NCBI RefSeq assembly: GCF_004010195.1
Contig: NC_057744.1
Location: 14,171,839-14,235,838, forward strand
Direction of reading: 5' to 3'
Origin: Chiloscyllium plagiosum
Taxonomy: Eukaryota
DNA length: 64,000 nt
Shown here: in pieces, positions 40,501-52,000 of the stretch
Numbering within the stretch: position 1 is the stretch's first letter
How the letters are laid out: each line of letters starts with the position of its first letter
Notes under the pieces: generated by a model
What the model was told of the DNA's origin: nothing
The model's input: the letters and a program-made list of their open reading frames with translations, nothing else
Database searches by the model: none
Position numbers and translations under genes: made by a program

Positions 40501-41099
40501 TTTCCAAAGCATCTTCACCATTGTTCAGGGTGGTCGGACTTCTATTTTGATCTATCAGCTCAAAGAGAAAGTAGTTTATAATTACTTTTCTTCTTTTGTA
40601 ACATTATGTCAATTGCACCTTTAAATCTATCCTTAGCCTCCTGCTATTTGTCATCTTCCACATACTACCCTCAGCATTATCCCTCAGAATCACAGCTTCA
40701 ATTTCAACATGTCTGCATATGACATCTGGGTTTACCTGAAGGTTATCTCTCTGTCTCTAAATTGTCAGACTGCTTGTCAAACCTCCAGTACTGGAGGAGC
40801 AGCAAGTTCCTTGGAGAAAAATTTTGCAAAGATTGAAACCATTGCCATTATTCTTCCCTACAAATCCCTTTCTCTCCCACTGAATCTATCCGTCTGCCTG
40901 TCAGTTGTCTTTGGATGAACCTGTCAGTAACCTCTATTCACACATCTGCACAATCACTGACATTTTATTTCCAGTTCTTTAACAGCGTTGTGAGAGAACT
41001 TGCATAGCTTTTCAAATTGACAGCTCAGCACCGTCTTTTCAGGGTATTGGGAATGTGCAGTAAATGCAGGCCATGGCAGAGATAGTCACATTCCAAGAA

Positions 41100-44000
41100 C
41101 AAATTAAAACAAAGGAGACATGAGATAGCTTTGGCAAATAGGGTTATGGAGAATCCAGAGGAGTTCTACATTAGGGAAAGAAGAGTAACTAGGGAGACAA
41201 TAGGGCTGCTGAAAGATCAGCAAGACCATCTATGCATGGAATCGCAGGAGATGGGGGAGATACTAAGTGAGAATTTTGCATCAGTGTTTACTGTGGAGAA
41301 TGATATGGAAGCGAGTGAACTTGGCGTAATAAGTATTGACATCATGAAAAATGTCAAATCACAGAGGAAGATTCTGGGTAATCCAAGATGGAGGACAGGA
41401 AAAATTTCAAATCACAGAGGAAGATTCTGGGAGATAGTGAAGAAAGAGATCAATCTGAGACTGGTTCAGTTGAGAACAGAAGTGAATCAAACAGTCAGGG
41501 CAGGCAGGGACAAGGTAGGACTAATAAATTACAGCGCATTTATTTCAATGCAAGGGGCCTAATAGGGAAGGCAGATGAACTCAGGGCATGGTTAGGAACA
41601 TGGGACTGGGATATCATAGCAATTATTGAAACATGGCTCAGGGATGGACAGGACTGGCAGCTTAATGTTCCAGGATACAAATGCTACAGGAAGGATAGAA
41701 AGGGAGGCAAGAGAGGAGGGGGAAGTGGCATATTTGATAAGGGATAGCATTACAGCTGTGCTGAGGGAGGATATTCCCGGAAATACATCCAGGGAAGTTA
41801 TTTGGGTGGAACTGAGAAATAAGAAAGGTATGATCACCTTATTGGGATTATATTATAGACCCCCTAATAGTCAGAGGGAAATTGAGAAACAAATTTGTAA
41901 GGAGATCTCAGCTATCTGTAAGAATAATAGGATAGTTATGGTAGGGGATTTTAACTTTCCAAACATCGACTCGGACTGCCATAGTGTTAAAGGTTTAGAT
42001 GGAGAGGAATTTGTTAAGTGCGTACAAGACAATGTTCTGATTCAGTATGTGCTTGTAACTACTAGATAAGTTGCAAAATTTGACCTACTCTTGGGAAATA
42101 AGGCAGGGCAGGTGACTGAGGTGTCAGTGGGGAAGCACTTTGGGGCCAGCGACCATAAATCTACTTGTTTTAAAATTGTGCTGGAAAAGGATAGACCAGA
42201 TCTGAAAGTTGAAGTTCTAAATTGGAGGAAGGCCAATTTTGACGGTATTCGGCAAGAACTTTCAAAAGCTGATTGGAGGCAGATTGTCGCAGGTAAAGGG
42301 GCGGCTGGAAAATGGAAAGCCTTCAGAAATGAGATAACAAGAATCTCGAGAAAGTATATTCCTGTCAGGGAGAAAGGGAAGGCTGGTAGGTATAGGGAAT
42401 GCTGGATGACGAAAGAAATTGAGGGTTTGGTTAAGAAAAAGAAGGAAGCGTATGTAAGGTATAGACAGGATAGATTGTGTGAATCCTTAGAATATAAAGG
42501 AAGTAGGAGTATACTTAAGAGGGAAATCAGGAGGGCAAAAATTGGACATGAGATAGCATTGGCAAATAGAATTAAAGAGAATCCAAAGAGTTTTTAAAAA
42601 TATATTAAGGACAAAAGGGTAACTAAGGAAAGAACAGAGCCCCTCAAAGATCAGCAAGGCCTTTGTGTGGAGCTACTGAAAATGGGGGAGATATTAAATG
42701 AGTATTTTGCATCAGTATTTACTGTGGAAAAGGATATGGAAGATAATGACTGTAGGGAAATAGATGGTGACATCTTGCAAAATGTCCAGATTACAGAGGA
42801 GGAAATGCTGGATGTCTTGAAATGGTTAAAGATGGATCAATCCCCAGGACCTTCTGTGGGAAGCATAGAGAAGTGATTGCTGGGCCTCTTGCTGAGATAT
42901 TTGTATCATCGATAGTCACAGGTGAGGTGCCGGAAGACTGGAGGTTGGCAAGCGTGGTGCCACTGTTTAAGAAGGGCGGTAAAGACAAGCCAGGGAACTA
43001 TAGACCGGTGAGCCTGACCTCAGTGGTGGGCAAGTTGTTGGAGGGAATCCTGAGGGGCAGGATGTACATGTATTTGGAAAGGCAAGGACTGATTCGGGAT
43101 AGTCAACATGGCTTTATGCGTGGGAGATCATGTCTCACAAACTTGATTCAGTTTTTTGAAGAAGTAATAAAGAAGATTGATGAGGGCAGAGCAGTAGATG
43201 TGATCTATATGGACTTCAGTAAGGCGTTCGATAAGGTTCCACATGGGAGACTGATTAGCAAGGTTAGATCTCATGGAATACAGGGAGAACTAGTCATTTG
43301 GATACAGAACTGGCTCAAAGGTAGAAGACTGGAGGCCTGTGACCAGTGGAGTGCCACAAGGATCGGTGCTGGGTCCTCTACTTTTTGTCATTTACATAAA
43401 TGATTTGGATGCAAGCATAAGAGGTACAGTTAGTATCAAATGACACCAAATTGGAGGTGTAGTGGACAACGAAGAGGTTACATCAGATTACAACAGGATC
43501 TGGACCAGATGGGCCAATGGACTGATAAGTGGCAGATGGAGTTTAATTCAGATAGATGCGAGGTGTTGCATTTTGGGAAAGCAAATCTTAGCAGGACTTA
43601 TACACTTAATGGTAAGGTCCTAGGGAGTGTTGCTGAACAAAGAGACCTCGGAGTGCAGGTTCATAGCTCCTTGAAAGTGGTGTCGCAGGTAGATAGGATA
43701 GTGAAGAGAGCTACAGGGAGAGGCTGAACATGCTGTGGCTGTTTTCCCTGGAGCATCGGAGGCTGAGGGGTGACCTTATAGAGGTTTACAAAATTATGAG
43801 GGGCATGGTATCGGGGAGTCCAGACTAGAGAGCGTAGGTTTAGGGTGAGAGGGGAAAGCTATAAAAGAGACCTAAGGTGCAACTTTTTCACACAGAGGGT
43901 GGTACAATTGCAACATTTAAGAGGCATTTGGATGGGTATACGAATAGGAAGGGTTTGGAGGGATATGGGCCGGGTGCTGGCAGGTGGGACTGGATTGGGT

Positions 44001-44150
44001 TGGGATATATGGTCGGCTTGGATGGGTTGGACCGAAGGGTCTGTTTCCATGCTGTACATCTCTATGACTCTATGAGGAGGAGGTGCTGGACATCATAAAA
44101 TGCATCAAGTTGACTAAATCCCTGGGACCTGACCAGGTGGACTCTCTTAT
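41100..44150 (+). mobile_element. Near full-length CR1/HER1 ORF2 copy (~41420-44073) nested in an older CR1 fragment
   Basis: APE (YFNARGL, WDIIAIIETW, GDFNFP, SDH) and RT (NYRPVSLTS, QHGF, YMDFSKAFDKVPH) motifs with many lesions; tail at ~44073. The older copy (41100-41400) resumes at 44074. Confidence 0.9.
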
Positions 44151-44179
44151 GGAGAAAGTGAGGACTTCAGAAGCTGGGG

Positions 44180-44345
44180 CAGCACATTGGCTCAGTGGTT
44201 AGCACTACTGCCCCACACTGTTTTGGACCTGGGTTTGATCCCTGCCTCAGATGACTGCCTGTGTGGGTTTCCTGTGGGTGCTCTAGTTTCCTCCCATAAT
44301 CCAAAGATGTGCAGGCCAGATGAATTGGCCATGCTAAATCATAGG
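44180..44345 (+). mobile_element. V-SINE 5' fragment
   Basis: tggctcagtggttagcactactgcc...gtttcctcccataatccaaagatgtgcagg. Confidence 0.7.
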
Positions 44346-44384
44346 TCACTTGACTACAGAACGAGGAGAGGTAGGCTGGTAAAG

Positions 44385-44590
44385 GTAAAATCACCATCGT
44401 CCTCCCAAAAGAGGGCTGCTCTTTTAGACAGAGATGACTGGCAGTGGTTTAACCTGAGGGTCACCATGCTTCAAGCAAAGGGAAAGGCTGAGAAGCAGAG
44501 ACCTTCATGATGACCTCAGCCAGTATGGAAATTGAACCCACAACCTTGGCATCACTCGACATCGCAAACCAGCCAACCAACCCACTAACC
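44385..44590 (-). mobile_element. tRNA-derived SINE, second family
   Basis: Similar to 23330-23530. Confidence 0.5.
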
Positions 44591-44901
44591 TACAACAACA
44601 AAAAAGGAATTGTTGGAAAAACTCAGCAGGTCTTGCAGCCTCTGCAGAGAGAAAGCAGGCTTCATGTTTTTGGTCCAGTTACCCTTCTCGGGAGCCCCTT
44701 AAACTAGTCAAGAGGAGGAACTACAGAATGCTCAAGCAAAAAAAACGTCAAGCAAATGTAAGAATAAAAATGAAGACTGCCATGTGCAAAGAAAATGAAA
44801 CCAGTGGTGGTGATGGGGGAAGCTGAAATTTTGAACTCAGTGTTGCATACAGCAGACTGCATCATATTTCATGGGATTCTTGCCATGGGGATACACTGGT
44901 A

Positions 44902-45002
44902 GAACTACAACTCCCGATGTGCTTTGCGATGAGATTCTGGCTGTTTGTCGCGAGATCTGAAGGAGGGAGCTGGCCACCATTTTGTTGTCTGTCTACTAGC
45001 TG
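44902..45002 (+). promoter_or_regulatory. Housekeeping-type promoter and non-coding first exon of the downstream gene
   Basis: ACTACAACTCCCGATGTGC 44904-44922 (ZNF143/THAP11-type ACTACAnnTCCC motif), TCGCGAGA 44948-44955 (CGCG/BANP-type), CCATTTTG 44977-44984 (YY1-like), donor CTG|GTGAGT at 45002/45003. Confidence 0.7.
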
Positions 45003-46045
45003 GTGAGTTTGAGAAGTGTTTGTGTCCAGGGGTTCGGTAATTGTTTATTGTCTCTGAGGTTGAAAAAGAAATAAACAAGCAAAGAAAGGAAAGTTCGGGG
45101 TGGATGGAAATAGTTACGGCTTTGCAATCTTGCCAGCTTAAAGTGAGAAGAAGAAGGAGGGTTTTGTTTTCGATATGAGGGGCGGGGTAGTTGTCTGTTT
45201 TTTACTGGATGTTGCCCCGAGATCAATCTGGACAAAGTTTGGACCGGCTCGGCCCCGGTCGAGGAAGGAGCAGGCAATGCATGGTGTGGGGCTAAGATAC
45301 ACACACTTCCAGAAACCTTCAGCTTCGCCTTTAACCCCACCCAAAGGATGTAATACAAATGCACAACTCACTCCTGCTGAAAATTTGATGTCAAAACCAT
45401 AAAGATGTGTCTCAAAACGAGAGCAACTCCCAACATTCCACCTTTGGGTTCCTCTGACAAGGCACTGGCTTTGGAAGAGTAAAACATTCTCCCTGTGTTG
45501 CTAATACCACCGTGCACAAATTTCGGCCTCCATGCCATTTACACACCCTCACACACACCTAATTATGTTCATTTTGGGGATGGGTTGGTATTTTATCGTT
45601 GCATCCTTTTATCTGAATGCTGTTTCCCTGTTGAGCATTCACATTATTGTGTTGTATAATGCAAGGCCAGTGTCATAAAGGAATTAAAAACAAAGTGCTG
45701 GAGAAACGCAACAGGTTTGGTAGCATCTTTGGAGAGAGAAAGAGTTAACATTTCAAATACTCTTCTTCAGAACTCCATATTGGCCCCAATGTTATAGCTG
45801 TTTCTCCACAGACACTGCCAGACCTGAATTTCTCTGACACTTTGTTTTTGTTTCCAACTTCCAATATCTGCCATACAATGTTTTATTTTTATTGCCATAA
45901 GTGAATTGCTTGCATGAGATTTAATAATATAGTTCAAGTTCTGATCAATTCTTTATTCTATTCAGATAGGAGGGAATTGGATGACTGAAGGTGCTGTAAA
46001 TCATAGATGTCTACTTTTGATTATTGCCATTCTTAGAACACAGTT

Positions 46046-49000
46046 ATGGAACATGAGATTTGGGATAGTGATGGCTGTACTACATCTGATTCAAGTGACT
46101 TGCCAGATATAGTTTCCTCTGATGAGGTATGTCTCTCTGCAAGAAAATAATTCAATATTTTTGACATGTGGATAAAATTTATGTTCAGTCACAGTTATTT
46201 TAACATAGTTTTTTAAAAGAGCACAATAGTAACAATGCACAATAATAAGTTTCCTGTTATCCAACAATATCAGAAAAACGTTGTTTGTTCTTAATAGATA
46301 TGGACTGTGGTTCAAGTGAACAAGACAATAGCTTGTAAAATGCATTTTCCATCTTTCTCTCCTCCAGTCATCAAAAATACTTTACTTTTTAAAAAATATT
46401 TTTTCATATAGATCGGAGTACAAATGTAAGTTATACTCTTATAAAATCAACTTTGGTAACGTTATAAAAGAATCTTGATTCAATCACTTTTTTTGAAAAT
46501 GTTAATAAAGGCCAACCAAGAATATATGAATGAATTAACTTTATTGTCAAATGGATAAACTGAAAAGTTTATCAGTCACCACTTACAGGGCCATCTTAGG
46601 TACAAAGGTATCTAGGTACAGCTTCAGTTACAGATTAGTTACAGCATAACAATCTGACCAACACACTGTGCAGTGTTGCGTACAGAGTGCCTGAGTACAT
46701 TCATTAGTTACAGAATAGAGAAATGAAGAAAAAAAGTTACATTGTAGCTGTGCACTGTATAATCATAGATCAGAAAAAATGAAGCAAGTTCAAAAGATAA
46801 ACATGACAGTCTCTCTCAAGAGCACCCTGCAGCAGGCCAGTGCAGCTGGCCTCCACATGGTCTAACCACTGGCTGCTGGCTCCGCACTGGCCCATAACAC
46901 CATGCTCTGTGCCGGGCCACTGCCTCCGTTTCGCACTGGGCCGCTGATCTTTGGTGTCCCCACTTCCGACCGCTGACCTCACTTCGGACTGCCAACCTTG
47001 TTTTAGAGGCGCGGAGTTGGAGACCAGGGCCAGGTGTCCAAGGCTGATAGAAGGGAAGAAAAGAGGGATAGAAAAAATATAAAGTACGGGTGGAGCGGAT
47101 GAGCTCTGGCTATAGTGTCCTGTCCGCTGACACCTTACTGTAAAAGTTTTGTCTTGACAGTGACTCATTCAGTGGGTGAATGAAGTCTCATTACTATTAT
47201 TTGGATAAATATGTTGCCCACACACACTCATCCTGTTTCCTTGCTACTGGTTTCAAACTACCTTCCAGTTCAGTGCAGATTTGTCGTTTCTTCCGAACAT
47301 GATTTTTATGGAAAACTGAATAATTTAAGTATTGAAGTAAACTATTACTATTTGTAAAGAACATGTTGAAACTTGTTGCCGAAAGTTATTTTACTTGCTA
47401 AAGACATTTTAGATGCATTCAAAAGCAATATTTATTATGCTAATGCACGTGAGAAGCCAAAATTATTTTTCCATTGGGCAGGGCAGGAACAGTCCGTTCA
47501 AAAGCTGTTGCGAGATTTCATGGCATTAAAAAGCAATGGCCTCAAATGGATGGGTGAAACCCTTTTACATGTAGTTGTGCATAGAGTCATACAGTGCAGA
47601 ATGACAGTACGTAATTTCTAACTGACTGGACTTTGAGGGAAATTGTATGACCTGGACATGGTGCAGTGGATCTCAGTGCATGTTTGTATTTGCAAATTAA
47701 GGTATGCAAATTATTTAAACTGAAATTAAAATAAAATAATGGGTAGCATAAGATCATGCTGCTGAAGTTATTTTGTGTTAATTCTTGCATGTATGTTCTC
47801 ATGCTTTAAAATCAGTGAGCAAGTGGTGGGTTATTTTCTTTTTATTTTCATTAAAAACATGTATATGTTTAGAATGTCATAAGTTATATGTAAAACGTGC
47901 ACCCATTAACAAACAGAATGGGATTTACTTTATATGCCTCCACACTTGATGATGCAAAATTATGTCGGGCGGGAGTTGCAAGTTACAAAAAAGTGTGAAT
48001 AGTTGAATGAAACAGACAAAGTTTTGCAGATGGAATTCAATTGGAAAGGGTGGTTTGGTTTGTATCCTAGAAAGATGCCAGACTACTTTAATGGCAAGAG
48101 ACTAGGAACTACAGAGGAACAAGTATTTGCTGTCTGTTTGTACACATCTGTAAAAGCCATTGCACATGTAGAGTAAGTATTCAAAAAGATTAATGGCATG
48201 TTGCCTTTAACAGAGCTGCAATACAAAGAGGCTAAAGCAGTGTTTGATTACTAGTTGAATTTTGGGTACTGCTCCGTGAATGACTTTATAAACTTGGAAA
48301 AGGGTTACATTGCTGGTTCATTCCCACTGATACTTGTCCTGGACACATACACTTGCAACAGGCAGGTTGGTGAGAATGTTTATTCCTCTTGTTTGTTTTC
48401 TTACCAATTGTTGCAGTCCCAGTCAAGCAGCCATGTCCTTTAGGCCTTGACCAGTAGTGGTACTGCTGAGCCACACTTGGTGATGAACATTGAAGTCCCT
48501 TATATCACATTCTATGCCCTTGCCTCCTTCAGTGTTTCCTGTAAGTAATATTCACATCAACTGAGAGAGGACCAGTGTGTGGTAATCATATCCTAATTCT
48601 GCCTGCTGCACGTGGATTGCAGTGGTTCAAGAAGGCAGCTTACTGTCACCTTCTCCAGTACAGCTAGGGACGGCCAATAAATTACAGCCCAAACAGCAAT
48701 CTCCAAGTCCTGTGAATGAATTAATAAAACATAGGAGGGGGTTACCTTGGACATGGTTAATCTGATGATATGAGACTTCAGGTACTGGAGTCAATCGTGA
48801 GGACTCCCAGAGCAATTCTCTCTCGACCACTGCTGCAAACTTCGGTGGGTTTGTCCTCCTGGTGGAATAGGACATAGCCAGTGATAGTGGCGTCTGGGAT
48901 ATTGACAAATACTACACAATTCCTTATGTTTAATTGGCATGCTGTTGCTTGACTAGTCTCTGAGACAGCACTCATCCACAGATGTTAGTAAGGACAACTT

Positions 49001-52000
49001 TGCAGGATCAAAAGGGTGGAGTTTTCTCATTGTTTCCAGTGCCTAGGTCAATGCCAGGTGGTCTGTCTGGTTTCATTGAAAATTTATTACAACCCTCTGT
49101 TTCTTGCATGCAGCTCTGTTTCAGAAAAAAAATTGTAAAACTGTGACCACTGTCCATTTTTCATAATTCTGAACAGAAAGTCACCAAAAACTGGATTCTG
49201 ATGTTTGGATCTTTATTTCAGTGTAAAACAGATGTATGCATCAGTAGAGTTTTCCGACATAGATTGCAGTCCATCTTTAAAACCTGTGTATGGTTCATAT
49301 TAGTACAAAAGCATTACATTTCAAATGTTAAATAAAAATCCCATTCTTTTTGAAGCTTGTAGAGTTTTGGGATTCTTCTGTTTCTACCATCTATAATCTT
49401 CTCTGCACCTTTGGCATTCAAGTCTGTCTTGTTATATTTTTTCTTAAATTAGTAGAAATAAACGAGTGAGCAGAGAAAATATTCTTCCATTTGATGCTAA
49501 GGTATTAGAGAGTCATCGAGAAGAACAGCACGGAAACAGACCCTTTGGTCCAACTTGTCCATGCTGACCAGATATCCCAACCCAATCTAGTCCGACTTGC
49601 CAGCATCCGACCCATAACCCTCCAAACCCTTCCTATTCATATACCCATTCAGATGCCTTTTAAATGTTACAATTGTACTAGCCTCCACCATTTTCTCTGG
49701 CAGCTCATTCCATACACATACCACCCTTTGTGTGAAAAAATTGCCCCTTAGGTCTCTTATATCTTTCTCCTCTCACCATAAAGCTATGCTCTCTAGTTCT
49801 GGACTCCCCCAGTCCAGGGAAGAAACTTTGTCTATTTATCTTATCCATGCCCCTCATGATTTTATAAATCTCTTTAAGGTCATTCCACAGCCTCTGACGC
49901 TCCAGAAAAAACAGCCTCAGCCTATTCAACCTCTCCCTCATAGCTCAAACCCTCCAACTTTGGCAACATCCTTGTAAATCTTTTCTGAACCCTTTCACGT
50001 TTCACTACATCCTTCCGATAGGAAGGAGACCAGAATTGCATGCAATATTCCAAAGTGGCCTAACCGATGTCCTGTACAGCTACAATGTGACCTCCCAACT
50101 CCTGTACTCAATACTCTGACCAATAAAGGAAAGCATACCAAGCGCCTTCTTCACGATCCTATCTACTTGCAACTCAACTTTCAAGGAGCAATGAACCTGC
50201 ACTCCAAGGTCTCTTTATTCAGCAACCCTCTGTGGACCTTACCATTAAGTGTATAAGTCCTGTTAAAATTTGCTTTCCCAAAATGCAGCACCTTGTATCA
50301 GCAGGTAATATTGAAACCTGTAAAGATGTATGAAATCGCAGGGACAGGTAATCCAATCTCTTGACTCAACTTAACCATTCAGAGATAATTTATCTCATCT
50401 CTATTTTTCCTCATCTGTTGCCACATTCTTTGATTTCTTTTGTGTCCAAATATCTAATACATTTAGAAATGTTGAATGACTGTGCATCCACGGTTCTAGG
50501 GCAATAGAGTCCTAGAGAAGTACAGCACGGAAACAGACCCTTCAGCCCAACTTGTCCATGCCCACCAGTGATCCCAACCCAATCTAGTCCGACCTGCCAG
50601 CACCCGACGCCTATCCCTCCAAACCCTTCCTATTCATATACCCATCCAAATGCCTCTTAAATGTTGCAATTGTACCAGCCTCCACCACATCCTCTGGCAG
50701 CTCATTCCATACACGTACCACCCTCTGTGTGAAAAAGTTGCACCTTAGGTCTCTTTTATATCTTTCCCCTCTCACCCTAAACCTATGCCCTCTAGTTCTG
50801 GACTCCCCGACCCCAGGGAAAGGACTTTGCCTATTTACCCTATCCAGGCCCCTCATAATTTTGTAAACCTCTATAAGGTTGCCTCTTTTCTGAACCCTTT
50901 CAAGTTTCACAACATCTTTACGATAGGAAGGAGACTAGAATTGCACGCAATACTCCAACAGTGGCGTAACCAATGTTCTGTACAGCCCCAACATGACTTC
51001 CCAACTCCTGTACTCAATACTCTGACCAATAAATGAAAGCATACCAAACGCCGCCTTCACTATCCTATCTACCTGCGACTCCACTTTCAAGGAGCTATAA
51101 ACCTGCACTTCAAGGTCTCTTTGTTCAGCAACACTCCCTAGGACCTTACCATTAAGTGAATAAGTCCTGCTAAGATTTGCTTTCCCAAAATGCAACACCT
51201 CGCATTTATCTGAATTAAACTCCATCTGCCACTTCTCAGCCCATTGGCCCATCTGGTCCAGATCCTGTTGTAATCTGAGGTAACCCTCTTTGTTGTCCAC
51301 TACACCTCCAATTTTGGTGTCATCTGCAAACTTACTAACTGTACCTCTTATGCTCACATCCAAATCATTTATGTAAATGACACAAAGTAAAGGGCCCAGT
51401 ACCGATCCTTGTGGCACTCCACTGGTCACAGCCCTGCAGTCTGAAAAACAACCCTCCACCACCACCCTCTGTCTTCTACCTTTGAGCCAGTTCTGTATGC
51501 AAATGGCTAGTTCTCCCTGTATTCCATGAGATCTAACCTTGCTCATCAGCCTTCCATGGGGAACCTTGTCGAAGGCCTTACTGAAGTCCATATAGATCAC
51601 ATCTACTGCTCTGCCCTCTTACTTCTTCAAAAAACTCAATCAAGTTTGTGAGACATGATCTCCCACGCACAAAGCCATGTTGAATATCCCAAATCAATCC
51701 TTGCCTTTCCAAATACATGTACATCGTGTCCCTCAGGATTCCCTCCAACAACTTGCCCACCACCGAGGTCAGGCTCACCGGTCTATAGTTCCCTGGTTTG
51801 CCTTTACCGCCCTTTTAAACAGTGGCACCACGTTTGCCAACCTCCAGTCTTCCGACACCTCACCTGTGACTATCGATGATACAAATATCTCAGCAAGAGG
51901 CCCAGCAATCACTTCTCTAGCTTCTCGGGTACACTTGATCAAGTCCTGGGGATTTATCCACTTATAACCGTTTCAAAACATCCAGCACTTCCTCCTCTGC

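Noticed and set aside
46412-46425. 14-nt micro-exon (ag|ATCGGAGTACAAAT|gtaagt)
   Set aside because: The upstream acceptor at 46367/46368 has a stronger pyrimidine tract and gives a 58-nt exon that keeps the frame with both neighbours.
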